Source of the DNA: Eledone cirrhosa
Taxonomy: Eukaryota
Reading direction: 5' to 3'
NCBI GenBank assembly: GCA_964016885.1
Contig: OZ024740.1
Span: 183,520,001 to 183,584,000 of the forward strand
Length of the DNA: 64,000 bases
Shown here: one piece after another, positions 36,117-51,019 of the stretch
How positions within the stretch are numbered: position 1 is the stretch's first letter
Layout of the letters: each line of letters starts with the position of its first letter
Notes under the pieces: generated by a model
Databases searched by the model: none
What the model was told of the DNA's origin: nothing
The model's input: the letters and a program-made list of their open reading frames with translations, nothing else
Position numbers and translations under genes: made by a program

Positions 36117-37033
36117 ATATGTATATATGTGTATATATATGTATATATAAGTATATATGTATATTTGTGTTTGTTAATGTAGCGAAGAAAATATGTCAGC
36201 AATGACGTGTTCCTCAGAACGTCATAATGTAGACAGCCAGACATACAGACAGATATTATAAGGGCTCGAGGGAGATCGATAACCGGCGCCTAACACCCCT
36301 TTACCAACAGAACATTTTAAAATAAGAGCTACAGTTAATATCTTTAGACCGAAAGGAATATATAAATGGAAATTTGAAGAATTGGAGTAGAAATGTGGAT
36401 TTGCATAGACTTTGCAAAAATAAGGAAGCACATACACACAGACAACTACAGTTTTATATATATGTATAGATACACATATATACACATATATATATACACA
36501 TATATATACACATATATATATATATATACACATATATACACACACATGTATATATATAACGAAGGAAATGTGGTACGGAACCAGATGGACCATATTGCAC
36601 CAAAATCCTCAATACTTAGGGTAATAGAGTGGGTAATAGGAACGAGTAGGACCCCCGACGGCTGAGCTCAAGCCTTTTCGACGGCTAATTCTGGACTACA
36701 GACTATATATATATGAGTGCACATGTGTATATAGTCATACACACGCATCCAGAGGTATAAAAGTGTGGGTGGGTGCGTGTACCTATACATGCCTGTACTA
36801 AGGGATTTGCCTAAGCTCCAAAGCCCCCAAGCTATTGCTCTGAAGATATATATCACACTCTACATTTGTCTAGTCTAAACAATAACTTTTCCAAACACCC
36901 ACTTTACTTTTCTTTAAAAATAACACCCACCTCGTTTTATGTCTGCCATATACTTGGATTTCGGGTCCTCTGTTGTATATATATATGCACTTGTGCGCAT
37001 ATACATATATATACACACCTGTATGGATTTGTG

Positions 37034-37299
37034 TGTGTGTCTGTGGCGGTAGTATGTACAAGTCAACCAACATGTCTTTTTATTTGTAAACTTTCTAAGT
37101 ATTTGACTCTAACCATAATTCTCAGTATTACTACCCCACATAAATTCCTCAATATGTATGTGTGAATGTGTGTGTGGTCTGTGGGGGTGCGTGTGAGTGT
37201 ATGTGCAAGTCAACCAACATAAGTCTTTATATGTAAACTTTCTAGTATTCATCTCTAACCATAATTTTCAGTAGTACCACCCCACATAAATTCCTCAAT
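37034..37299. repeat. Imperfect tandem duplication (about 140 bp x2)
   Basis: caagtcaaccaacat...ccccacataaattcctcaat occurs twice. Confidence 0.8.
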
Positions 37300-37708
37300 T
37301 TAAGAATGACCTGTATTATCGAACTTCATACTATAAACCTCAATTGATAATATATCTGAGCAGGAATGCTTTTTGTGAAAATCAGTCAATAGGAACTATT
37401 GTCATTTGCCTGACGGTTTGAACTTTACAACACCACCTGCCACTTTGAGGTCAAATATCAACCCTACTAGCATCTACAAACTGACCAACGAGAATTAAGA
37501 TTATTGCTGCAGACAACATTAAATTATCTCTAACAAGCTCATATGTCCCAAGGCTCTGATACCATCAACGCCATAAATACAGAGCTGGCATATCTAAGAA
37601 CTGACTAACTGCCTGATGAGGTCATAGCCACTCAATGGCTATCATCGAAATATATATAGCAGTAAATAAAGGATTATGAGTTCATGCACTTGACTTATGT
37701 TTCGTCAC

Positions 37709-37710
<2 letters not shown>
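37300..37710 (+). mobile_element. PLE 3' end remnant (endonuclease C-terminus + pLTR)
   Basis: Degenerate ...EQECFL*...LPDGLN, followed by a hammerhead and AATAAA. Confidence 0.55.
37608..37663 (+). ncRNA. Type I hammerhead ribozyme
   Basis: ACTGC-CTGATGA-GGTc-ATAGCCA-ctcaa-TGGCTAT-cATC-GAAA-tatata-TA-GCAGT. Confidence 0.85.
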
Positions 37711-37765
<55 letters not shown>

Positions 37766-37985
37766 ATACACATATATATATATAGACATATATATATACA
37801 TATATATACATATATATATACATATATATATACATATACTTATATATATACATACATATATATGTATTTATATATATGTATGTATATGTATATATATATA
37901 TGTATATGTATATATGTATGTATATATATGTATATGTATCTATGTATAAGTATATATATGTATGTATATGTATATATATATGTAT

Positions 37986-38185
37986 ATTGACATTGCACTC
38001 AGTGCTCCTGTGGGAGCGCCAACATGGACACACTGGAAGAGGAAGACTAAGGTTAACCTATATTGATTCCCTAAGAACAGAGACTGGTCTGTTGGAGACG
38101 CAGGACATGGCAGCGATAATGAGGGACAGAGGCCGCTGGAGAGAGCTTGTCCATGGATCACGGGAATTTTACCCGCCATAAATAG
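37986..38185 (+). mobile_element. LINE 3' end fragment (RTE-like)
   Basis: [24 protein letters not shown]...MRDRGRWR. Confidence 0.75.
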
Positions 38186-38263
38186 AGATAGATACATATA
38201 TATACATAAACATACATATATGTACATATACATACATATATATATATACATATATATATATAC

Positions 38264-38326
<63 letters not shown>

Positions 38327-38491
38327 CGTATGTATATATACATACATATATATATATGCAGAAGTTATATTTAATTTATTGGGATTCAACAAGCTTTAAA
38401 ATGTTAATAACTGATATAAAACACTCAACAGTTTAGTGGAGTAAATACACAGTATATTAATAAATGGAAATTATATTTATAAAACCATATT

Positions 38492-38557
38492 TATTTTATT
38501 ATATATATTTCGAGGGCAACCAAAGCAAATTATGGTGCGCTTTCATCAGATAAAATA
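38492..38557 (-). ncRNA. Type I hammerhead ribozyme
   Basis: TATTTTAT-CTGATGA-(imperfect stem II)-GAAA-tatata-TA-ATAAAATA; 8-bp stem I. Confidence 0.78.
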
Positions 38558-40053
38558 CAGATTTGTTTTATAAAAAAATATTGACATACCCGGAAAAAAG
38601 ACAACCTAAACGGTTGGAGCTTCCTGGATAGTGGAGTAATATTTTATTGGGGTAATACAAAGTTATGAGTGAGTATGCAAATGAGTGTCCGAAAAGTTGA
38701 ACAGATAACGGTTTATTTAAATTAAACTGTTGGAAGAAGAGGATATGTAAGGGAGAGAGAAAAGAAAAAGAAAAAGAAAAGGAAGGAGAAAGAGAGAAGC
38801 GGAAAGAAAAAAACAATTATACATAGTGATAGTGAAGATAGTCAAGAGTGAACGAAGCGATACATATTAATCGAGGAATATAGAGCGTAAATATATCTAA
38901 GTGAAAGAAATGAAAGGAGAAATAAGATTAACGTGAAGTAATAATATTTAGAATGTATGGTTTATTATATTGTGATTATAATATTTATAATGATAAGTTG
39001 AAAAATTTAAAATAAAAAAATAAAAAAATTAAAAATAAAAATTAAAGATTAAAATTTACATTAATATTAAAAATTTAATTTAATGTCAATATTAAAAATT
39101 TAATTTAATATCAATATTAAAAATTAAAAATTAAAATTAAAACAAGTATTTATATTACATTAGGATGTATTAGTAATAATATATTCGTTTAGATGTGTAT
39201 ATTATGGATTACAAATTATTTAAATAAATATATAGATTTTACATTAGAGAAAATATCGTATATTTTATTTGATTAAAATAAGTTTGGCAAAATTATATTT
39301 ATTAATAGTTGTAAGTCAAAACTTAAAGATCCAAATAATTCCAAATTTATGAAAATTTACAAGTTTACAAAGGAATAACTACTTAATTATAAAGGAAGTT
39401 AGAAGTGATTTTTTAAGAACTCAAATGACTCCATGGATACATAAAAAAACCTTAAAAAAACCTTCTTTCAAAAAATATTTTTTAACAAATTTTTCAAAAT
39501 TTTTTTTATGAGTAGTCGTAAATGTTATAAAGTTAAAAAATGTTATCTTAAGAATATATTTAAAACATAAACCATATATGTTATAAAAAGTCCTAAATTC
39601 ATCTTAAGAATAAAATTATAACATAAACCATAGGTTATTTCATAAGAAGTCATAATTGTTATAAAGTTAAAAAATGTATCTTAAGAATATAATGAAAACA
39701 TAAACCATGGTTATTCCACTTATATATACAAATCATATGTTATTCCACATATATATAAATATTTGGATATATATTAAAAATGTTTGAAGATATAAAATAT
39801 TGGAAGATACGAAAATAATGGTTTTTCCATATCTTTCAAAGAATTTTCTAAAACCTTCAGAAAGTCTTTCAAGGAAAATCTTTCTTAAAATAATTTCAAA
39901 TCGTCATATAAAAGGGTTATAATCAATTGATAAGTGTAATAATATAAAGTGTATTTATGAAGTAGAGATAATAGAAAGTAAATTAAATATATATGAATCA
40001 TATATAGATATAATCTGAAGGATGAAGTTCTAGGTGGTTGGATATAGAAAACA

Positions 40054-42499
40054 TTATGTAAAGGAGATTAACCATATATTACATTTTATATATATATATC
40101 TAAAAGTTGAGTTTAAACGATGTTTACAAGAACTAAATAAATTATTACGCAAATTAATAGAGTTCTTACTTTTTAATATAAATAATATTTCTTCAACGTA
40201 AAGGGAACAATTGTTGGACAGAGCTCTGTATGAAGGAGCTTTGGAGATAATTTCCCAAGATAGAGAATAGTTAATATTCTTGGATTTTAAGTTCCATAAT
40301 AAGTTGGATAGAGAAGTTAAAGATTTTTTACCAATATTCATAAAGGAACATTTATGGTTATTGAAACGAGATTTGAAGTCTGTAGAAGTAGAGCCGACAT
40401 AGTTAAAGGAATTTTCATTGGTTTTGACTTTACAATTGTATACTATATTTTTAACTAAACAGTTATTTTTTAGACGACAGCTAGATTTATTTCTACAAGT
40501 ACATTTATCCGAATTTATATTATTGGGAGCCGTAACATTATATTGGATATTGCTGGATGTATTAATGTTATTCTGGTTAGGTTTTAAGTTTCTATTATTA
40601 ATTCTATTAATATTCTGCGCTAAATTCATAGTGGTGGAATATGAGAGTTTAATAGTATGTCTACTAAAGATTGCGTAATATATGTGTGTCTTAGGAAAAT
40701 ACTTATCAAGAGCGTTAACAAATTGTTTAGCTATTGGAGTGTTAATACTTAATGAGAAAGGGGGACCGAACCATAATATATTTCTAGTTCTATTTCTTCT
40801 TTTGATTTTCGAGTTAGTGCAAGGTTTCCTATTATAATTATATTTATAGTTATGCTTAATTGGCACATCCTTATTATCAATGTATTTAATTTCATTACTA
40901 TAGCCTGCTCTACTTAACGCTTCGTTATAATATTGTGCCTTATCTTCAAATATATTTTTATTCGCTGAAATTCTAGAAATACGTTGCTGCACAGAATTTA
41001 CAATAGTGTTTTTAACGGATCTGGGGTGATTGGAATTAAAGTGAACATAGTTTAAATTCTCATTGATTTTATGAAATGGATAATAAAGACCAGTATTAAG
41101 GTTTAAAGTTACATCTAAAGAATTAACTATTTCATAATTATTCTCTAGTTCTACTTTAAGATTAACGCTATTAAACAATTGTATAATTTATTTTATTTTC
41201 CTATTCATTTCACAATTATTATTATTTTCAATAAGCAATAGCATATCGTCACGATATAAACAAACGGTTATCTCTGGTATTTTCCTATGTAAAGTATTGT
41301 TAATAAAAAGCCCCATAAGATCCGTTAATTGCGCCGAGTCCGATGATCCCATAGTGATATCGAAATTGTTATCCCTATCTGCTCTAGTCCTAAGGAGGTT
41401 GCTAAATTTAATTAACGTTTTACGTGAAGTTAAGATGATGTGTATTTCATTGCTAGATAAATCAGTATATTTAAATGCATATGTAAGGACTTTATTAAAT
41501 AAATTAGGAGTGATAGATGAGTAATAATTAGCAATATACAATTGAATGAATTTGTTTTTATCCTTATATTTAATGTCCTTAAACCAGTCGATAACTTCAT
41601 TAGTCCCATTCTATAATTTTAAATAAGATATTTCCTTAAGTTGTGGTAGGATTCTATCTATCTAAAATATTCTTGCTAAGTATGCCAGGGTCCGATTTAG
41701 ATGGTGCAATCAGTTTTACTGCTAATTCAATATCAACATTTCTTTTATGGTCCTTCAAATTAATTTTTGGTTTCCTAGGTAGGAAGGCTTGAGTCCTATT
41801 TTCGATGCCTAATTCCTGCATTATATAAGAAGCTTCAGTATTTAATCGTTCAAGGTCATCATTGGTTGCTCTTTTGTAATTTTTCCTTAATTCCTTCAAT
41901 ATAAGATTATTGTAATCATCCTTTTGCATTCCGTAAAGATTATTGGTGGATTGGCAGTATTGGTAGAGCGTCGGACGCCATGCTTTGACGCATAGAGTTA
42001 CGGCCCTTGCTATTCTGAGTTCACATCCCGCCGAGGTTAACTTTGCCTTTCATCCTTACGGGGTCGATAAAATAAAGTACCAGTAATACACTGGGTAATT
42101 GCTGGCCTTGTGCCTAACGTAGAAACAATTATTGGTTTTATCTGATTTAACAAGAATTTTTTCCGTTTTTTCAAAATTGTCTATATTATTTTTGAGACAT
42201 TTGAGGTAATCCTGGCCTACAAAGTGGGTTTTCTTAAATTTAATGTTTTGTATGATTGAAATAATCTCATTTTCAAATTCCATTAATAGTTTGTTGGAAG
42301 GTGGATTCTTTTTAGATTTGAAGATTCTATCAAGATTGGTAATATTTTAATTCGCATAAGATTTTTTATCGAAATGAAAAGCACGCCATCTAAGTCTTCT
42401 CATAAACGAGTCCGATTTTACAATAAGTTGTTTTATAAAGTCCTTATTGTTAGGTAAAGTTATGTCTTTTAGAGAAGAGGAGATCCTAAAGAATTCCAT
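40054..42499 (-). pseudogene. Naiad-like PLE ORF (RT + GIY-YIG), disrupted
   Basis: Start MEFFRISSSLKDI..FMRRLRWRAF; KSDKT, LKDHK, FDITMGS, LYRDD, IVYNC..YVGST. Confidence 0.9.
41946..42132 (+). mobile_element. SINE family A inserted in the PLE ORF
   Basis: Near full length; attattgg duplicated at the junctions. Confidence 0.9.
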
Positions 42500-43800
42500 T
42501 TTTAATCAGTTATAATTTAAAGCGCTCAACAATAAAGGAGCTAAATATATGCATAGGTTATATTTAATTTGTTGGGATTCAACAAGCTTAAACATTTTTA
42601 TAACTGATATAAAAACATTTTTAATATATATCCAAATATTTATATATATATGTGGAATAACATATGATTTTTATATATAAGTGGGGTAACCTATGGTTTA
42701 TGTTTGAATTATATTCTTAAGATACATGTTTTAACTTTATAACAATTATGACTTCTTATAAAATAACCTATGGTTTATGTTTTAATTATATTCTTAAGAT
42801 ACATTTATGACTTCTTATAACATAATATATTGTTTATGTTTTAATTATATTCATAAGATAACATTTTTTAACTTTATAACATTTATGACTTCTCATAAAA
42901 AAATTTTTGAAAAATTTGTTAAAACATATTTTTTGAAAGAATGTTTTTTGAAGGGTTTTTTATGTATCCTTGGAGTTATTTGAGTTCTTAAAAAATCACT
43001 TCTAACTTCATTTATACTACCTTTATAATTAAGCAGTTATTCCCATGTAAACTCGCAAATTTTCATAAATTTGGAATTATTTGGATGTTTAAGTTTTGAC
43101 TTAAAACTATTAATAAATATAATTTTGCAAAAACTTACTTTAATCAAATAAATTATGTTAGATTTTCTCTAATGTAAAATACTATATATTTATTTAAATA
43201 ATTTATAATCCATAACATACACATCTAACCGAATATATTATTACTAATACATCCTAATATAATATAAATACTTCTGTTTTAATTTTAATTTTTAATATTG
43301 ATATTAAATTAAATTTTTTAATATTAAGGTAAATTTTAATATTTAATTTTGATTTTTAATTTTTAATTTTAATTTTTTAACTTATCATTATAAATATTAT
43401 AATCACAACGTAATGAACCATACATTCTAAATATTATTCTTCCACGTTAATCTTATTTCTTCTTTCACTTCTTCTTTCACTTAGATATATTTACGCTCTA
43501 TATTCCTCCATTAATATTTATTTCTTCGTTCACTCTTGACTATCTTCACTATCACTATGTATAATCGTTTTTTTCTTTCCTCTTCTCTCATTCTTCCTCC
43601 TTTTCTTTATCTTTTTCAGTTCACTCTCCCTTACATATCCTCTTCTTCCAACAGTTTAATTCATATAAACCGTTATCTTTTCAACTTTTCGAACACTCAT
43701 TTGCATACTCACTGAAAACTTTATTACCCTCAATAAAATATGATCTCCACTCTCCAGGAAGCTTCCGTGTATGACAATATTTATTTATAAAACAAAAGTG

Positions 43801-43866
43801 TATTTTATCTGATGAAAGCGAACCATAATTTGCCTTGGTTGCCCTGGAAATATATATAATAAAATA
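43801..43866 (+). ncRNA. Type I hammerhead ribozyme (inverted pLTR copy)
   Basis: TATTTTAT-CTGATGA-...AACCA/TGGTT...-GAAA-tatata-TA-ATAAAATA. Confidence 0.72.
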
Positions 43867-43908
43867 AATATGGTTTTATAAATATAGTTTCCATTTATTA
43901 ATATATAG

Positions 43909-43942
<34 letters not shown>

Positions 43943-43949
43943 TATAGAC

Positions 43950-44002
<53 letters not shown>

Positions 44003-44004
44003 TG

Positions 44005-44268
44005 TGTGTGTTCTGGAGCGACCAAGTGCGAAATGAGGAGATCCTGCGGAGAGCCGAGTCGTGGACGCTACAGAGAGTGGTAACAGAGCTTTGGTGCCGT
44101 CTGGCTGGCCATATTCTGCATCTGACAAATGAACGACATTCGAAAGCAGCGTTGAACTGGACTCCGTCCGGCGACGAACGTTCCAGAAGGACCTGATGGC
44201 AGCCAACATCACATGGCACGATCTCAAAAAAGTTGCCGCTGATCGTAACCGTTGGCGAGTTCTTACTG

Positions 44269-44271
<3 letters not shown>
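44005..44271 (+). mobile_element. LINE 3' end fragment (RTE-like)
   Basis: FWSDQVRNEEILRR..LAGHIL..AALNWTP..AADRNRWR. Confidence 0.8.
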
Positions 44272-44318
<47 letters not shown>

Positions 44319-44582
44319 TCATTACTTAAGCAAAACAAGACCACAAATTTCACAAGGAAGACATTATTAAAATATTGTCAACATACTTTAGTTTGATGTA
44401 AGGAATGTAGAGAATAATAATAACATTAATAATAATATTAATAATAGCTGCTTTCTACTGCATATTGCACATTGAGCACATGCCTTTACGCTTTGGCTTC
44501 TAACTAATTCACCAATCTCTCCTCTTATATCTCCTCTCCTATCTCCATATCTCTCTTTAAGACTGGTTATTCTTGAACTGTG

Positions 44583-44888
<306 letters not shown>

Positions 44889-44924
44889 ACCTCTACATAT
44901 ATATATATATTTACATATACATAT

Positions 44925-47762
44925 GGATGTGTGCTACGTGCAAGAGGTGACATAGAGAGGTACCTCAAGACTAATCACAGGCAAACACCTTAGCTATGAG
45001 CTTTTCTGGGAAGGAAATGATGATGGGTTAGGTGGGGTAGGCAAGAAACTGCTTGACAATTATCTCTACCTATGCTCCCAAGGCAAGCCTAGGTAAAGAA
45101 GAGAAAGACTACTTTTACGAGCAACTTCTAAAAAACCCACAATGACAGAGGAAAGAGACATAGTTATACTAGCAGGGGATGTCAATGGTCATGCTGGTCA
45201 GCTCCAGGATGGATATGCCTGGGTACATGGTGGGCACGGTTACGGCTCAAGAAACGAAGAAGGAGTGAGGCCTCTTGAAATGTATGATGTACTCGCACTA
45301 ACCATTTGCAACACTAACTTCATGAAACCTGCCAATCACATAATAACCTACCAATCAGGCAAGCACATAAGCCAGATTGACTTATTGCTAGTTAGACAAC
45401 GAGATAGACAGATGGAGTCAAATACTAAGGCATACCCCGGGGAAGAATGTAACCCCCAGCATAGGTTAATCATTTGTGACATCTCAATAAGCAAGAGACA
45501 AAATGAGACATACAGGAAAGTGTGGAAAAGGAAGGTCTGGAAGCTGAAAGACTTTTCACTAAAATATAAATTTAGGAAAGCCCTTCAAGACGTGTATGAT
45601 GAAAAAGAAGATGAGTTAAAATAGTATGACATAGATGATAACTGGAATTTCTTACGTGACAACTTATTCCAGGCTACTGAAGAATCTTGTGGCTGGAGAA
45701 GAGCTCTAACTAGACAGAGGTGATCTGGTGGTGGAACAACACGGTAGATAGTGCCATTAGAGACAAAAGACTAGCATGGAAGGATTGAAAATATGGCGGG
45801 AATAGAGACAGGTACACATCTGCTAAAACAGAAGCTAGATGTAAGGTGTACTTACCATGCAGTGAAGCTGAGAGTAGGAGGTTTGCCAATGTTCTGCGAC
45901 GCGAAGATCAAAGACGGTCGGTGTTCCGCATTACAAGGCAGTGTGTCCATGGAAATCAAGATGTTGTTGGGGATAAGTGTGTCCGAAATGATGCGGGTGT
46001 ACTTAGTGTCACCAATGCTCAGGAAAAGGAGGCCTGGAAATGTCATCATGAGAGACTGATGAATGTTGAGAATAAACTACCTCCAGCTGACACAACAGAG
46101 GGACCAGCCATTGAGATTGACGACTATAGGTTCCAAGAGGCAATTAAGGAAATGAAAAGTGGTAAGGCTGCTGGACCATCAGGGATAGTTGCTGAGATGA
46201 TGAAGGCATCAGGAGAGGTAGGAACTAAACTGGTTGCGCGCATCATTAACCAAGCTATATATGGTGGAATCATACCCAAAGACTGGTGCAACAGTATCAT
46301 TATAAATTGCTACAAGGGTAAAGGGATGCTCTGGAGAGGAGCAATTATACGGCCATAAAGCTGATGGTTCAAGTTATGAAAAAGGCAGAAAGAATGCTAA
46401 CGCAACTAATTAGAGAAAGTGCCAAATTAGATGAGATGCAGTTTGGTTTTGTGCCTCGGAAATGTACAACAGATGCCCGCTTCTTAGAGAGACAATTACA
46501 AGAGAGGTTCTTAGAGAAGAATAAGACACTATACTTAGCTTTTCTTGACCTAAATCTGTCTTCAAGTGGTCCCCTAAGGAAACTAGGTGTAGATGAATGG
46601 CTTGTGAGGACAGTGCAAGTTATGTACAGGGGTGCTGTCAGTAAAGTGAGACTAGGAATGGAGATTAGTGAGGAATTCCAGATACAAGTAGGAGTACATC
46701 AGGGTTCGGTCCTCAGCCCGCTCTTGTTCATTATAGTCCTCCAAACCATAACAGAGGAGTTTAAGACTGGCTGCCAATGGGAACTTCTCTATGCTGACGA
46801 TCTGGTATTTATAGCAGAACCAGTAGAGGAGCTAGAGAATAAATTCTGGCTATGGAAACAGCAGCTTGAATCAAGAGGACTGAGAGTAAACCTAGCTAAG
46901 ACAAAGGTGTTGATAAGTAGGAAAGAGGACAAAACCCTGATTCCATCAGGGAAATGGCCATATTTAATATGTAGGAAAGGAGTTGGCATAAATTCTATAA
47001 AATGTACACAATGCAGATCTTGGGTACACAAGAGATGTAGTGGGATAGCAGGCAAGCTAACACTTAAGGAAAACTATATATGCAGTAGATGTACAGGGAA
47101 ATTTGACAGTAGAAGTCGCAGTGATAGACACATTTTTCAAATGCAGGTAGGACCTATAGAGGTGGCTGATAGCTTCTGATACCTAGGTGATCAGATTATT
47201 AAGGGAAGAGGGTGCTCTGAGGTCATAGTTTCCAGAATAAGGAGAGGTTGGAAGAAGTTTAGGGAGTTACTTTCTCTGTTGACAAACAAGGGTTTCTCCC
47301 TACGAATGAAAGGCGGGATATATGATGCCTGTGTGAGATGCACGATGCTGCATGGTAGTGAGACATGGGCAGCAACTGTGGTAGATATGTGATGGCTGGA
47401 GAGAAATGTAGTGAACATGCTCCGTTGGATATGCAATGTCAATGTGTGTGAACGATGAAGCATAGACGAGTTGAGAGAGAAACTGTATACAAGAGGAATA
47501 GGCTGTAGTGTGTGGGAGAGAAGACTGCATTGGTGTGGACTTGTGATGTGCATGGAGGATGACCGCTGGGTGAATTAATGCCAAGAAATCCTAGTAGAAG
47601 GAAGACGCAGTCGAGGAACACCACGAAAAATATGGGTGGAGGTGGTGAGAGCAGACATCAGATCGCTGAAGCTCACAGAGGTGATGACAAGGGGCCGAGA
47701 CAAATGGAGAGATGCCATACTTAATAAGACACATCCCACACTTGCATCCCACCCTTGATGAT
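44925..47762 (+). mobile_element. RTE-type LINE (APE + RT + Cys-rich finger), decayed
   Basis: AGDVNGH, SQID, QHR; MQFGF, GVHQGSVLSPLLF, LLYADD; CRKGVG.NSIKC..C..WVHKRC...C..C. Confidence 0.92.
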
Positions 47763-47870
47763 TATATATATATATGTATATATTCCTACTGGTAATAAGG
47801 TGGCAATGAATTACTGACCTTTCCTGTTTATAATTATATATAGTGTATCTATAAGTATAAATAATATTAT

Positions 47871-47927
<57 letters not shown>

Positions 47928-47929
47928 CA

Positions 47930-49221
47930 CCATCCACGTTTAACGTCCATCTTCCACGCTTGCATGGGTTTGGACGGGAATTTTTCCACTTGAGGAAAGA
48001 TTTGTTATCTTGCTCGCATCGGACTGTCTGACGCGTTTTCTACGGCTGGATGCCCTTCCTAACACCAACCACGTTTACAGTGTGGACTGGGAGGTTTTTA
48101 CCGTGTTACCTACACGGCCACATTACAGCGTGGATTGTGTGTGTTTTTTGTCGTGACACCTACACGACCTAATTTGTTTCGGACTGGATGTTGTGGTACC
48201 AACATAACTTTACATTGGAAGAGGTGGTGTGGATGGGGTGGGGATAGTGGTACAGGGGTGTATTTTTGTTAGAGGCGCCTACTTACTGTAGTAGGTTTCA
48301 CTTTGTACTTAGGTAAGGCGGGTCTTCTGTATTACTGTGTAGCGCCAAAGATCTCGGTCTAGTGACATTGTCTTGGAGAGGTGTAAGTGTGTGAGGTCGG
48401 AATTTATCAAGTCGTCCCAGGGTTTTTCTGGGTCTGCCTACTCCGTGGCTACCGTCTATTTTTATTGCCCTGCACTTTTTTATACAGCTGTCGTCTTTCA
48501 TGCGCATCACGCGACCATACCAACGTAGTCTTCTCTCGAGTAAACAACATCTGATCCCTCTTATTTTTAAATTTTCCCTTAGTTCGTTTATGCTTTGCGG
48601 TTCATGTATATCACTATTACACATCCAGCGGAGCATGCAAGCTTCGTTCCTCTCCAGTCTGCGTATATCCTCTGCACACAATACCCAGGTCTCACTGCCA
48701 TGTAACATTACTGTTCGTATGCAGCCATCATATAGCCTGTCTTTCATTTTTAGAGAGAACTCTTTAGCGGCCAATAGTGGTATAAGCTCTCTGAACTTTT
48801 TCCATCCCGTTCTGACTCTAGCTACTGTACTTTCAGAGCACCCTCCTCCACTGCTGATTTCGTCACCCAGGTAACGGAAACTGTCCACTATTTCTATAGA
48901 ACCATCTGTGCAATGGAATGAGCTAGTATTCGGTGGGCACTTGCTGTTACTTATTGCACCAGGGCACCTGCCACATATAAAATCTATATTCTTAGTTAGC
49001 TTACCTGTGATCCCACTACATCTTTTATGCACCCATACTTTGCATTTGGGACATAAAATGGAGTTTCTACCCACTCCTTTCCTACACACTGAGCATGACC
49101 ATTTCGCAGATGGGACCGGTGCTCTATTTTCCTTCCTACAAACTAGAACTTTAGTCTTAGACAGGTTAATTGTAAGGCCTTTTGATTATAGGCCATGCTT
49201 CCATGTTTGGAATTTCTTCTC
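47930..49221 (-). mobile_element. RTE-type LINE 3' part with 3' UTR
   Basis: ORF 48298-49089 (FRYLG, MLHGSETW, RLRWYG). Confidence 0.9.
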
Positions 49222-49289
49222 TGGTTATATATATATATATATCTATACATATATACACGCACACATATACATATATATATATATATATA

Positions 49290-49620
49290 TCATCATCATC
49301 ATCATCATCATTTTACGTCCGCTTTTCCCTGCTTGCAAGGGTGGGATGGGAACTGATTCTGGCTTCATTTATACAGCTGAATGCCCTTCCTAACATCAAA
49401 CTCATTTACAGTGAGTGGTGGGTGATTTTTTGCCGTGGCACCTCCACGACTCCTTTGCAGTGGAATAATAGGGACCCCAGTCCCTGTCATCTCATTTCTA
49501 CAGCTGAGTAAACTGGAGCAATGTGAAATAAATTGAAACAACCCATCAGCCGGCCTGATAATTGAACTCACAAGAATTCGATTGCCACGCCAGTGCTCTA
49601 AACACTAAGCCATGTGCCTC
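49290..49620 (-). mobile_element. Short element with an RTE-like (GAT)n 3' tail (SINE-like)
   Basis: catcatc..ttttacgtccgcttttccctgcttgcaaggg..; repeated at 49785-50045. Confidence 0.6.
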
Positions 49621-49776
<156 letters not shown>

Positions 49777-49784
49777 TTTCATTC

Positions 49785-50044
49785 ATTTCATTTTATGTCC
49801 GCTTTTTCCCTGCTTGCAAGGGTGGGACGGGAACTGATTCTGGCTTGATTTCTACAGCTGGATGCCCTTCCTAACACCAACCTCATTTACAGTGAGTGCT
49901 GGGTGCTTTTTTGCCGTGGCACCTGCACGACCACTTTGCAGTGGAATGATATGGACCCCAGTCCCTATCATCTCATTTCTACAGCTGAGTAAACTGGAGC
50001 AATGTGAAATAAAGTGTCTTGCTCAAGGAAACAACACATCACCC

Positions 50045-50045
<1 letters not shown>
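49785..50045 (-). mobile_element. Second copy of the SINE-like element with RTE-like tail
   Basis: Matches 49310-49530 and carries the gagcaagacactttatttcac core. Confidence 0.6.
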
Positions 50046-50106
<61 letters not shown>

Positions 50107-50109
<3 letters not shown>

Positions 50110-50936
50110 GCAGGTTGTACGTTGCCTGCATACGAACAGCAATGCTGCATGGCAGTGAGACCTGGGCATTGTGTGCAGAGGATATACGCAGACTAGAGAG
50201 GAACGAAGCTTGCATGCTCCGCTGGATGTGTAATAGTAATATACGTGAACGGCAAAGCATAAACGAACTAAGGAAAAAATTAGAGATAAGAGGGATCAGA
50301 TGTTGTTTACTTGAGAGAAGGCTACGTTGGTATGGACACGTGATGCGCATGAAAGTCGATAGCTGTATAACAAAGTGCAGGGCAATAAAGATAGACGGTA
50401 GTCACGGAATAGGCAGACCTAGAAAAACCTGGGACGAGCTGATAAACTCCGACATCACACACTTACACCTCTCCAAGACAATGTCACTGGAACGAGACCT
50501 TTGGCGGTACTCAGTAACATAGAAGACCCGCCTTACCTAAATACATAGTAAAACCTACTCCAGCCAGTAGGCATCTCTAACAAAACACACCCCGTCCCAC
50601 CACCACCACCCCCACCCCATCCACACCACCCCGATCTATGTAAAGTTATGTTGGTGCCGCGCCATCGAGGCCGAAACAAATGAGATCGTGTAGGTGTCGC
50701 GACAAAAAAAACACACAGTCCACGCTGTAATGTGGCCGTGTAGGCAACACGGTAAAAACCTCCCAGACCCACACTGTAAATGTGGTTGGTGTTAGGAAGG
50801 GCATCCAACTGTAGAAAACCTGCCAGACAGTCCTATGCGAGCAAGACAATCACTCTTGCCTCAAGTGGGACTACCCCCGTCCAAACCCATGCAAGCGTGG
50901 AACACGGACGTTAAACGTTGATGATGATGATGATGA

Positions 50937-50940
<4 letters not shown>
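50107..50940 (+). mobile_element. RTE-type LINE 3' fragment, same family as 47930-49221 in the opposite orientation
   Basis: KGRLYVACIRTAMLHGSETW...; shared 3' UTR and (GAT)n tail. Confidence 0.9.

Positions 50941-51019
<79 letters not shown>

Larger units (their letters stand above)
38361..43906 (-). mobile_element. Full-length Naiad-like PLE with a ~60-bp direct pLTR repeat and a 1.3-kb inverted pLTR
   Basis: 38364-38422 matches 42557-42616 directly; 38453-39784 is inverted at 42613-43906. Confidence 0.9.
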
